From Azolla caroliniana (Eukaryota > Plantae > Polypodiophyta): DNA of 64,000 nt. Under the pieces are notes generated by a model. It searched no databases. It worked only from the letters and a program-made list of their open reading frames with translations, and was not told the DNA's origin. The stretch is taken from contig JBHGNT010000010.1 of NCBI GenBank assembly GCA_043228905.1, positions 15,252,001 to 15,316,000 on the forward strand. The letters are read 5' to 3'. Numbering within the stretch: the first letter of the stretch is position 1; each line of letters starts with the position of its first letter. Made by a program: the position numbers and the translations under genes. Positions 1-12,139 of this stretch are shown here, piece after piece.

Positions 1-1440
1 CAAATTGGTTTGGATCTTTTTCATCATTAGAAAAGCAGCCATATAATTGTATATCGTCTTGCATCCTTGAGATATGTGGCATGAAAGACTCTTGTGCATC
101 AAGTTGGAAACTTCCTGTGTGGATATTCATGTCACCAAAGACAATAACTTCCCCTTTGGATTTAAAATAAGCAATATCATCTTCTAGATTGGCAAAAGGT
201 TGATCTTTATCCAAATATGCATAAAAGTTAGAATCTTAATGAGGAATGTAACATCCAACTACAAAAGTGGGCAAATCATTAGGTGTTTCTTTTTTGAGAT
301 ATATGTAGCATTTATGTCCATCATTTTTTATGATTGACACATATTTCTCTATGTCCTTCTTAATCAAACGTGCCACCCCTCCTTGTCCTCTTCTTTGTCT
401 TGAATTTTTTCCCCATATCAAAGAGTGTACATTATAGTTTCCTACACCTTGAATCCTTTGAGTATCATGATTTCATGTTTCAACAAGAAGTGTGATATCC
501 GAGTCATCAGTGAACTCCTCTATGCAAAATGCCACATTCCATGGGTATCCATTACAATTCCAAAAGCATAGTCGTAGAAGACATGGGTTAATATCATAGG
601 TCACGTGTCCCTATTGCCTACATTTTTGCCTTTAGGCACATCCTTAGCCTTAAATTTCAATCTTCATATGCTTTATGATGGGAATTTTGTTGTGAGATAG
701 TACGATCTTCACTCACAAAGCATTGTGTACCATTGAGATATACCCAACTATTTTCAAGTATGCTCCGCCGCTTTGTATCATCCATCATTGTGCATACAAT
801 AGGCCTTTTTGCGGAGTGAGTAACACCGTGTTTCCCAACTCGGTGTGCCCCATATACATTCACATCCGACATGCCATAATGCATGCTAAAGAATTCACCG
901 ATGGCCTTTCCGAGGGATGTGGATGTTTCCATACTCTCCTCTTTAATCCCAGAGATGACAATGTTCTTTGATCATCGTTCACGCTCTTTCAATTCTCGGA
1001 GATCAATGCTTTCTATATTCTTCTCTTGATTCATCACATGAATATTAGATGAGTTGGATATAACATCCCCACCACATACATTAGCCCATGACTTCTTTGG
1101 GCATTCATTTTTCATCTCACTTACATCGTGTCCAAATTTTCTTCTTTTAACGCTTCCTTTAACTCAATCTTGTTAAGGTGCTCATTTATTTCGAAAGAAA
1201 CTCTCTTACATTCTTGAATCTCATCTTCAAGTTTTGCAACCATTTTCTTTAGACGCTCATTCTCAATGACAACAATTTGGAGCTTAGCATTCTCTTTCAT
1301 TAGTGTCCTAATCTCTTCACCTTGCTTGTTTATGATTTCTTGAAGAGAATCAAATGACTCATAAGCATTTTGTCCATTGTGACTAAGTTTATTGCATTGG
1401 CATCAAGAATCGTTGGTGATCGTGGCTCATTACCAACCAT
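1..1440 (-). mobile_element. Decayed LINE retrotransposon: ORF1 remnant plus ORF2 APE-endonuclease remnant, running off the window edge
   Basis: ORF 657..932 (RPIVCTMMDDTKRRSILENSWVYLNGTQCFVSEDRT) resembles a LINE ORF1 C-terminus. ORF 236..421 (GGVARLIKKD...VGCYIPH) and a downstream frame (KGEVIVFGDMNIHT, about 120-160) carry APE endonuclease motifs. Many stops and frameshifts. Confidence 0.7.
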
Positions 1441-1633
1441 ATTCCCTGACTTTCTCGCCAACTTACAAGTGTTTGCCATTGTAGGACCAAACCATAAGAG
1501 AAGAATAGCTTTGAAACATGTTAGCTTTAGTTCAGTATAGAACTAATCGTCTTAGATCTTATTTTGAGCTTTGATTCAAGCCATAGCTGGTCAAAATCGG
1601 ACCTTGTATGACAAAGTAATGGCTAAAATCTTG

Positions 1634-1647
1634 AAGAGAGAGAGAGA

Positions 1648-1685
<38 letters not shown>
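1634..1685. repeat. (GA)n(TG)n compound microsatellite
   Basis: Read directly from the sequence. Confidence 0.95.
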
Positions 1686-1687
<2 letters not shown>

Positions 1688-3467
1688 GCACTAATCACTA
1701 GGGTTAGTTAAGTTAGTAGCTCAAGAATGATTGTCAATAACTCTTGCTTGGTTCACTACCAATAGCTTATACGTCTGTCTGAACCCGTGGCCCGACAATA
1801 TCAACTAGAGGCATAACTCTTCTTAAGCCGTGTTCCAGTGTTGTGCACATGTAAACCATATGTTTATGATAGACAATCATTTTCTAATCACTCTTCTAAT
1901 TTCTTTATCAAGTTTCCTTGTTGTCCCCTTGTTTGTCTCTTGACTCTTGTTTCATGTTCCAAGGTTGCACCTAAGTCCGATGTTGCCTCATATGAATCTT
2001 TTAATCCAATCATCCATATCCCCTCATCTAAAATATCTCGTTCTAATCTTTTAATGAGATATTCCCCATACAATCTCCCATTGCCTTCCCATGTGATCTT
2101 CCAACAATATCCATCTTCCCCCCAATTGACCTCAAGAATATCAACCCCGCCCATCTCATTTCTTTATCTAGTTTTCTTGCCCTCTCTTGTTTTCTCCTCT
2201 TCCTACACTCATCTCTTGTCTCATGTTCCTAGGTTGCACCTAATGCCTTCATCTCATATTATTCCTCTCATCCAATCATCCAAAGACTCTAACCAGAACC
2301 CCCTACCAAATCCTCTAGTCTAAGAATTTAAACTTCCTGCCATCATCCTCTCATTCTTGTCAATTGTGATCTTCCAACATTTGTGCCAATAACATTGATG
2401 ATGCCAATTGCCATGAACCACTCATCCAAATTTCAATGTCTGACAATTTTACACCACCACAACACACACTTATGGCAAGTTGGACAAGTGATTAGGCCCC
2501 TTCCACTTTGGGGAACAAAAGAACTTGAGGTCATGCACTTCCAAATTCATAATGTCTCCAACACAATGCTATCGGAAGCCTATGAGGAAACCTTAAACCT
2601 TGGTTTAGTTTATTTTATCCATTGCTACATGTACTCTACTTCTCACAATGATATATGTATACATATAAGGGAATATTCATAGAAACACATATAGTCATAC
2701 CTATGAACATGAAGATAATCATGTGCCAAAGGCAAACATATTGCAAGCAAGGAGAGTATAAATATGTGATAAATTATGGATTTTATCACACATTTATATG
2801 GTATTATGGTATGGATTTGATCACATGTTTTATATCCATGCTTGCACATATGTGTTTTTTTATGGATTATTCACAAGTATACATACATGTACATCTATCA
2901 ACACTCATGGAAGCACATATGTACAAGCATTTGAAGGAAGGCACATGCATGCATACACATACAAAGATACATACATCCATGCATAATACATTGATACACA
3001 CATACATCCATACAAGCACATACATACATACAAGCACATAGACGCATGTACATGATCATGAAGATAACCTGGCTAATAAATCTTCTTCTTTTTTCTCTTA
3101 AAAACAAATATTGAGACATTTTGCTCTCTGCTCTTTTCCTCTCCTCATTCCCCTATGATTTTTTGTGGATTTTGAATCAATCTGAATCTCATATTACAAA
3201 TAACATATTTTGGACATTTCTCTAGGAGCTCATCACGTATGACTAACAAAACAAAATTTGATGGATATTTGTTTGTTTCTCTTTGTTCTGGAACAAGCTC
3301 TCTCCAACCCAACCAAACTCTTAAAACCCAATCTTGCTTATTAATTGTTCAAACATTGTGATCCAGCAGAGGAGATGATGATGATGATGAAGAGGAAGAA
3401 ATAAGGAGACCCAATTGGTTGGGAAGGGGGGGAAATCCTTTCTTACTGTTGTTATGTGAAGCATTTG

Positions 3468-6400
3468 TCAAGGCAAGTATTTGTGTGCCCTGTTTTCTGT
3501 TGATATTGAGGGAGGTTTAGTGGTTTCTTGACATTGTTGTTGCTGATTATGATGATTTTGTTGTTGTTGTTGTTGATGATGATGATGATATTGTTGTATT
3601 TGTTGTTGGGGTGAGAATCCTGATGATGCTGCAGCTGATGGTGCTATCAGTTGCTGAACTTGCCATGCCCACATTCCATTACTTAAAGGAGATGGATCAA
3701 TGACCTGATGCATCCTACTAAGGCTAGCGCTTCTTGATTGCATCAGTAACACCTGTTGCAGCTGCTCTTGTGTCATCTCTGTTGTGCTGGTTAGCTGCCC
3801 AGAGAACTTCATCAAATAAGAAAAGTTTTAACCCAATCAGTTAAATCATCAATTAATCAAAACCCACCGTTTTTTGGGGGGTGTTTAATTTAAGCAGTTT
3901 CTTGAAGAGAATCTTTTATACATTTAACCCTTTTCCACAGGGGTTCTTCATACATGACTTTGTCAAGAGATTATTCAAAACCTAACTAACATTTTCAAGG
4001 GAGTCATTTTCAGACGAGATGTTTAATTAATTCATGAGGATGATTTTTCAAGACATGGTTTTTTTGTTTTTAGAGGTTCTTCACACATCATCTTCTCAAG
4101 AGGATCATCTTTCAAGTTCATCTGTAACTGTTTTTTTTTACAGGTTTTTCATGCGCATAAGTTATAACCTTTGTAATTTGAAATCCACCCCAACTATTTT
4201 TTAAATCTATATCTTTATCTCTCCATCAAAATCTATATATGGAGCTTTAAGAGATTTTCCATGACCTATGTATGAAGAGGTCTTCCATACATAACCCTTT
4301 CCAAAAGCCTAATGTGTTCCAAAAGCCACACTCAGGAATAGTGTTCATAGAGATACTCAGCATTATATATCATAAACAAATCTTCCTAGAAATACTCTGG
4401 TTTTATTAACATAGATTTTCCATCGCCCTATATTATGCAGTACATGCTCTATCTATCTAGTATACCAGATGACCAGCATTCTAGAGATAAGACTAGCTAG
4501 CTACCTTCCCCGTGAAGTTGGCCTGATTGTTGTGTCTCCAGACTGCCTCTTGCTCTGCAGGAAAATTAGAGAGCTTCAATGATGATTGCAATATAGGCCT
4601 TGATTCTCCAGCTTGTTGATGACGCCTCGCAGGCATACTCAGGCTTAGCTCCAAGTTTTGCTCTGGTCCATATATTATCCAGATTTCAACCAAATCCCCA
4701 TTTTTAACATTTCAATCAAATCAATGAACAAAGCTTTAAAACAGGTTAATAAAAGACAACAACAATCTCATCTTTAATACGCAGAAGTTTTGGTAAAGAA
4801 CCTTGTTTGAATTCATCGGGCCCCATGGGTTCCCTTCCGGTTAAAGGAGCAGTGAGTGGAATTGCTACATTTGTGATTGCTTCATCCCTGTTCAAACAGA
4901 AAACAAAAGCCAAGCAAAAGACCCAATATAAGCCATGTTTGTGATTTAACTGTAAGTTATATCCCCCCCCTCCCCCAAATCATTCTTTTTTGTCTATGCT
5001 TTAACCATAACCATTGCCCTAATCTCCATATTGCAATGCAAATACCTTAAACACACGGAAATGTGGAACCCTCATGTTTTACCATTGCTACACATGATGG
5101 AGAATTGTCTCACAGATTGGGAACTGGCTAGCCTTAGCTATCCCTGGTAGCTCTCTATATGACCATAGAAAAGGAAACCAATAATGTCTATGTACAGACC
5201 ATAGCCATCCTAGGCAGGACTTTTCTATAGACATGAAACCAAGGTCTACTTTATTATGTCCATGAGACAAGTATATGTAGCTATGGACTTTAGGAATAAA
5301 GCCTTTGTCTGAACCATAGCTATCCTAGCTAACAGTTTCTATAACCATGAAACCAAACCCTTAGAGCAGCATTTATAGCTCGAGTTCTGGAATCATGACA
5401 TCTCTAGTTTGCTATAAAACCCAGTGCACAATATTTGCACCTGAGGATATAAATTATGCCAGTGAATTGACATTTAGTCCTGCACCATTTCTTTAGATTC
5501 TATACACCATTTCTTTAGAAGTTCCCATTCAGTTGTAGCCATTTGGGACTCCAAAGGATGCAGACAGTGTCAGGTCAAAAGACCTCCCACCAAACAAAAA
5601 TAAATGGATTGGTCAATCAGGACCCTCCTATTCATTCCCTAAGCTTATTAACCATATGGTTCTGACAAACAATTTTCATGTCAAGATAATGTTCAGATAG
5701 ATAGATAGACATCTTACGGTCTTCCGAACAAAGGTCCCATCCTAGCATCCCATTTGCCATATTTGTGTAAGGCCATGCCTCTGAACCTCGCGCTTCCTCG
5801 TGGAAATCCCATGCTTTGACGCCTCAATAGGTGCACAAATTCTTCTTTCGTGACATTGCTCATCTGCCAAGAGCATCACATAATTACTTGTAAGAGACCA
5901 TAATTTGGTGTTTTTATTTTTAAAGTCTATATTTTCAAAATGCCTCTCTAATTCACCATAATTCCGTCAAAAATACCAGCCAGTCCAAGAAATTCCCAAA
6001 ATGCCACAAATACAGTGATCATGGAAGAGTAATTAACCAGGGATTCCTTAATTAAGCTTTGGGTTGAAATTTTGAATCTTGGACTTGCAGAATTAAGTGT
6101 ATTACTTGCTACTTAAAAAGCCAGTGATGACTTTGATTATAAATATTTTATCAGAAAAATCTTGATTTTCACAATGCCCTAGTAAATCATTCCGAATTTC
6201 ACGAATGAATTGTTTAGGAATTGTGGAATTAACGATAAAGGTTTTTTACATAATGCATGCAACTTGTATTGGGCATTACATGTTTGATCTCATCTTCATA
6301 ATCGTTGATATGGAAGTTGATATCGGCATCTAATCCACGGAATTTAATCGCCGCTCGATCATAAGCTCTGCAGAAAATGCACAAAAAACAGGATGAGGAC

Positions 6401-9400
6401 TGTGATACGGATTAGATAGATGGTGTTCAACAGAAGATTTCTGGAGTACCCCCGAAGTTTTTCTCTACTTCCCGAATGCACCAATTCCTTTATCTTTCAA
6501 CAATTATTTCCTTATTATTCTGTACACCAATTCGTTATATTTCAACCATTCTTCCATTATTCTGTGCATCAATTCATCCTCCCTTTTTCTCAATTATATT
6601 ATGTCATTCTCTATATCTTTGGGAAACTGAGGAGGCATTCGGAGAGATAAAGAAAAACTTGGAAGAATTAAGCTGATAAGCATAGCATTAAGCTTGACGC
6701 TACGGGGACAAATTGGTTAAATAACTTTAAAAGAATGTTTAATCAACGAGACAGAGAACAGCCATGGAAGCTTACCTAGCTGCAGCATGAGCTGTATCAA
6801 AGCCACCTAAAACGGAGAAACAAAGGAATCCATAGCATCATCAGAATGTAGCTATACAGATTTAAACGAACTCAGAAAGATCATTTACTAAAACAAAAGG
6901 GCAGAAGATAACGTGATTGGGACATACCGAGGTAAACCTGTTTTCCAGTATCCCTGCACAGAATCAGAATTAAGACACATTCAGAGACGAGGGAAATGTG
7001 TATCAGAAAACAGAACAAGAGCAGAGAATTTTGCAAGAACAAAGAATGACATTTTCTGATAGAAGAGACGAAACGCGAACAGTGGGAAGAAGGAAAACGA
7101 TAATGATGCATTGAGGGAATAAAGAAAACGATCATTTCTGCGAGAACAGATGAAGGAACAGGTCAAGAAGATTATTCTTTCAAGAGCAGGTCAAGAAGAT
7201 TCGGCATGATCGTGACTGTGCACAGAATGATCTTGTCTACAAGTGCAGAAGAAGAAGAAGAAGAAGAAGATCAAAGATGATCATGTCTGCAACTAGAACA
7301 GAAGAAGAAACACGAGATAGGAGTAATAAGATCATGTCTGAAAGAACAGAAGAAGCATGATTATCATGTAAAAACAGAATGAAGAAGCACAATTATCATG
7401 TCTGCAATTCGAAAAGAAGAAGAAGAAGAAACAAGATCATCATGTCTTGCAAGTCGAACAGAAGCAAGAAGTAAAAATGAGAATTTCTGCAAATCGAACA
7501 GAAGCAAGAAGTAAAAATGAGAATGTCTGCAAATCGAACAGAAGCAAGAAGTAAAAATGCGAATGTCTGCAAATCGAACAGAAGCAAGAAGAAGAAGAAG
7601 AAGATAGCAGAAACAGAAGAAAGGAATGGCTCTTTTTCTGCTCCTTATTATCATACCAGATGTGAGACTCCCATCTTCCTGTTCTTCTGTAGAAGGTGAC
7701 CCCTCTGTACTGCGAGCTCCGTGAGCGAGGCCCACGCCTGCTCTTCTTCGAACGCTGCTGAACCTGCACAGCCGTGCCATTAGCTATGGCATTCACATAT
7801 TCTTGATGATTCTGGTTCTGATTCTGATAATTCTGACCATTCTGCTGCTCATGGTTCTCTTGGTTCGGATTCGGATGATTCTGTTTATTTGTATTGTGAT
7901 TGTGATGGTGAATCATGAGAGACGGGAAGGGCATATTATTCTGTACTACTGAATACTGTACAGACGACGATGAAGAAGTGCAGGACGAAGAAGAAGAAGT
8001 ATTTATACTCGCAGCTGCCGCCGCCGCCGCCGCCGCCATGAAAGCTTGAGAAAGAGAAGAAGAGGCAGGTGGAAGAGAAAGAAGTGGAGAATTTGCGAAC
8101 CAAGGAGGAGGTCTAATGGTACTACTATTAGCATTGTTCAGCGATGGTGATGGTGCTGCAGAGAAGCTTGATCCGTTAATATTGCATTGACTGAGTAATC
8201 CTGCAGAGTTAGCTTCAACAGGTGCCATGGCAGCTGCAGTCGCAGTTGTGTTAATATTGGTAATAGAAGAAGAAGATGAGGGTGAAGGATTGCTCAGGCG
8301 GATGTTGCTTCGGCATAAACTGTTCACTGAGCTTATAGCATTTGGCGATGGCGGCGGCCTCCTCATCAGTATATTGTTAGCTTCACGATCTTGATCTTCC
8401 ACTTCCACAACCATGTCCTCAATCTTGTTATCTCCATCGTCAATATCTCCTGCACCATCGCCATTGCCTGTAGGTCTCAATGGAAACAGTTGCCTCGTCC
8501 TTCCCTGATGCTTCGAATCATCATCAACATCTTCTTCTTCTTCTTCTTCTTCTTCATCATCACCATCATCTTCTCCTCCTCCTCCTCCTCCTTCTGCATC
8601 TTCTTTCTTGCATATAACTTCTGCAGTATCCGCCATATCCATACCTTCAAACACCTGCTTCTTATTATGATTATGATGATGATGATGATGATGATGACGA
8701 TGAGCTTGATCGTGCCTGACGGAGGAGGCGGGCTCAATATCCATGATTTCTGAGGAATCGATCTTCTTGGAGGTTAAACTGCGTGTGTGATCCAACTGCA
8801 TTCTGCTGATACGTCTCTGAAAATCATACGACCTTTCCGCCGAGTTTGGCGAACTAGAGCTAGTATTGATTACACTGCCATGGAGATCGTGATGATGATC
8901 CTGGCGATGAAAAGAAGGCTGCGTTTCTGCAGAAATCATTTCTATTTTGCCCATGACAGCTGCTGCATTGCAATGATTATGAATATTAGTATTGGTAATA
9001 CTGGTGGAAACATGTGGAGCTTGATCAGGAATATCTCCATGGCTACTAGTACTTATATTTGATCGTTCAATGGTAGAAGAAGAAGAAGAAGAATCAATAT
9101 TACGCTGGGTACTTTTCTTCGAGGAGATGATATCTGCAGAGACGACGTTAAGGCAAGAATTTGAAAGCTGCAGAAGATCGATGGTTTCTTCTATTTCGCT
9201 ACAGTCAGAGCGATCGGAACTGTGATTATGGTTGTTTCTGGTGTTGCCATTGTTCAGCATTTTGTGGGAACCATGATCAAAGCAAGAATTAGTTGATATT
9301 GCGGGAGCTTCAGGCTCAGCAGCGATGGCGGCGCTGAGGATGTTCAGGGTCTCTGCAGAGCGATGGAGAGGACGATTACTGTGGTTGTAATGATCGAAAT

Positions 9401-9458
9401 GTTTAATCAGCAGAGGATCACTCAAGCTCACAGAGAGGGAGATGTTAAGATCGAGCAT
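3468..9458 (-). CDS. AP2: euAP2 / APETALA2-like (AP2/TOE) transcription factor, about 891 aa
   Basis: Exons with GT-AG borders: 9458-7657, 6953-6928 (26 nt), 6806-6776 (31 nt), 6367-6280 (88 nt), 5863-5718 (146 nt), 4887-4802, 4662-4505, 3806-3468. The 26/31/88/146-nt sizes match the conserved euAP2 exon pattern. Motifs: N-terminal [76 protein letters not shown] (AP2-R1), linker [30 protein letters not shown]. The last three exon borders are less certain. Confidence 0.93.
3614..3634 (-). promoter_or_regulatory. miR172 target site in the AP2-like mRNA
   Basis: The minus strand reads CTGCAGCATCATCAGGATTCT, the canonical euAP2 miR172 site, within the AAASSGFS coding segment. Confidence 0.95.
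7210..7620. repeat. Degenerate ~40-bp tandem repeat in AP2 intron 1
   Basis: Unit GTCTGCAAATCGAACAGAAGCAAGAAGTAAAAATGAGAAT, about 4 near-perfect copies at 7444-7600 plus degenerate flanking copies. Confidence 0.85.
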
Positions 9459-9533
9459 TATATCAGGTGAGAAAGGAGGGAGGGAGAGAGAAAGAGAGAG
9501 AGAGAGAGAGAGGCAGAATCTGATAACGAAGGA

Positions 9534-9772
9534 GAAGAGAATGAAGATGAAGTAAGCGATGGTTGAAGAAGAAGTTGATTAAGAAGAAAATGAAGATATT
9601 CTCATCGGCGATGGCGATGGCGATGGCGGAAGAAGAAGAAGAAGAAGAAGAAGAAGAAGAAGAGAATGAAGATGAAGTGAGCGATGGTTGAAGAAGAAGA
9701 AGTTGATTAAGAAGAAAATGAAGATATTATCATCGGCGATGGCGATGGCGGAAGAAGAAGAAGAAGAAGAAG
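9534..9772. repeat. Tandem duplication (~125 bp x2) with (GAA)n, in the probable AP2 5' leader
   Basis: GAAGAGAATGAAGATGAAGT..GCGATGGTTGAAGAAG..GATATT..CATCGGCGATGGCG..(GAA)n occurs twice. Confidence 0.85.
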
Positions 9773-9832
9773 TCGAGACAAAGCGCTAGATTTCGTGCAA
9801 CAGTACTTAAATTGCAGAGATGACAGGAAACA

Positions 9833-9887
9833 TCTCTCTCTCTAACTCTCTCTCTCTCTCTCTCTAACTCTCTCTCTCTCTCTCTCT

Positions 9888-9930
<43 letters not shown>

Positions 9931-10080
9931 TCTCTCTCTCTCTCTCTCTCTCTCTTACTCTCTCTCTCTCTCTCTCTCTCGTTAGTACGTAAAAGAGACG
10001 ACAGACACGCAGAGAGACACAGACAGAGACGCGCAGAACATAACAAGAGAGAGAGAGTTAGAGAGAGAGAGAGAGAGTTA
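9833..10080. repeat. Long interrupted (CT)n/(GA)n tracts upstream of AP2
   Basis: Read directly from the sequence. Confidence 0.95.
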
Positions 10081-10157
10081 GAGAAGGAGGGATAGAGTAC
10101 AGTCGATGTCGACGAAGAAGACGGTGGCACAGTAGCTCCAAGGACATCGCCATAGCG

Positions 10158-10368
10158 TATGTGTATGTATATGTGTTATGTGTTATGTGTTATGTGTTAT
10201 GTGTTATGTGTATGTGTATGTGTATGTGTATGTGCATGACATGCATGTTGATACGGATGTGCATGTCTACATGTACGTGTATGTGTATGTATATGTGCAT
10301 GACATGCATGTTCATATGGATGTGCATGTCTACGTCTATGTGTACGTGTAAGTGTACGTGTAAGTGTA

Positions 10369-10435
<67 letters not shown>

Positions 10436-10522
10436 GTGCATGACATGCATGTTGGTATGGATGTGCATGTGTACGTGTGTGTGTGCGTGCGTGCGTGCGT
10501 GTGTGTGTGTGTGTGTGTGTAT
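10158..10522. repeat. Compound (TGTTATG)n/(TGTATG)n/(TG)n repeat with three GCATGACATGCATGTT units
   Basis: Read directly. It generates the spurious MC- and HI/HT-repeat ORFs. Confidence 0.95.
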
Positions 10523-11516
10523 GTTGGGTCGAAATGATGAGGCATCGCAAGGAAATGGGTGAGTTGGGTGAGACATTGATCCCCCCCCCCTACGTCTTCC
10601 CAAACTAACTACCTTGAAAAAGCTTCTTCATCATCATCATCATCTTCTTCTTCTTCTTCACAAAACAAGCATTTCCGAAATCTTGTCACAACTCGGGACG
10701 ATGTGCGTGTCTTGATGATCCGAAGAGCCTAGAACAGGCATCGGGCTTGGGATGGAATCATTCATTCATACACTTCGAGTTCTGCTTAGCCCGGAAGTGC
10801 ACCTTATGATTGCACTGAACTCCCGAGCAGAAGCATCAGGTTGGAACGTAGTCTCGCTTTCAACATATTTGGGCAACTTGTTTGTGATCCAGTACACTTC
10901 TGAAAGTTCTCCTTACGGCAGTGATGGTACCATCTTGCGACAAACAATCTCCGGTAACGCAAGTTTGGTACCATCTTTTAGTATTGTCTCAAGATCCACA
11001 TTTGCTTATTCCTCCCTAATCGTTGTTGATAGAGTTTCCTTCCTTGACATTAAGGTTTCCCACCTCTATAGAAGCTTTACGAAAGTAACAAAGTACGTGT
11101 ACGTACGTATTCCATATACATGCATATGCATCTGTGTAAATGAGGTAACATACAGTGCATGTGAAGATATACATATATCATATATGTATGTCGACATGCA
11201 ATGAGTGTGAGGTCATGACTCACACCTTTGTTTATATCTATGTCCATGTCTATTATCTATATCAATTTTAGTCAAAATTTACAAACCCAAAAGAAGATTT
11301 GGATTGGAGCATTTAAACATTTGCAACCCCAAAAGAAGATATGGGTTGGGTGTGCATAATAGGCATGTACAATCAGCCATCAAAGGCTCTCAAACATGCT
11401 TTCATTTACCCACCATTACTCGATTAGACACATTTTGAGGATTGGCATCTCTTCTTGGATTCTTTCATCAAGTTGTACACAAAAACGATTTAGTTTTGTT
11501 CAAACCTCAACCCATG

Positions 11517-12139
11517 TAGCAATTGGCAACAGTTCGGCTTGAGAGTGTCAAACTCAAACTGTTTAAAACTGAAGCGTTTTAAAAAATTGAAACTTAAAGA
11601 ACCAAACTATGAAACCGTTTAAACCAAACCATTACAAAAAAAAAATCAAGCTCAAACTAAACAATTTTAGAGACTTTCAAACCTTTAAACTGTTAAAACC
11701 ACAGTTTCGCGGTTCACTTTTGGTTTTCAATTTCGGTCAAAATTCAAATTTTCACATTTTAATTTTAAAAACTTTAAATTTTCTAATATTTCAAAATTTA
11801 AAGATTTTTCTTAAAATATCAACATTAGGCTTAAAATGTTCAAAACATTATCATGTGTCAATCCGAAACTGTCAAACCATTTGAACCGTTTAAACCGAAA
11901 CCCGTTAAACTGATAATTATCAAGTGTCGATCCTAAACCATCAAACCATTTTAACCGTTAAACCGATAAAGGCTCAAACTGAATTGTTAACCCCTCAAAC
12001 TGAATTGAACCAAACCAAACCATTTACAAAAACCTGAACCTGAACCAAACCAAACCAAACTGAACTGTTTAAACTGTTAAGCCGTTATGTCACGATTTCA
12101 CAAGTCAATTCGGTTCAAACTATATCGTTGCTGATTTCA
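11517..12139. mobile_element. Old non-autonomous hAT-like TIR element (MITE)
   Basis: Degenerate termini TAGCAATTGGCAACAG ... CGTTGCTGATTTCA, related to the TAGGAATCGGCAACGG TIR at 59595/60607/61343. Dense AAACCG/AAACC subterminal repeats. Degenerate 8-bp TSD AACCCATG / AGTCCATG. Confidence 0.65.

Noticed and set aside
1838-3119. Several 60-160 aa ORFs
   Set aside because: Low-complexity (ACAT-rich) DNA or a degenerate ~280-bp duplication, with no recognisable domain.
7444-7600. Regularly spaced repeats resembling a CRISPR array
   Set aside because: Head-to-tail minisatellite without unique spacers, in a eukaryotic intron.
7440-7656. C-terminal part of the 672-aa ORF
   Set aside because: Read-through into intron 1. 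The true donor is at 7656 and the AP2 domain continues in downstream micro-exons.
10161-10603. ORFs encoding MCMC and HIHI/HTHT repeats (metal-binding-like)
   Set aside because: They are translations of a TGTATG/TG microsatellite in several frames, with no coding context.
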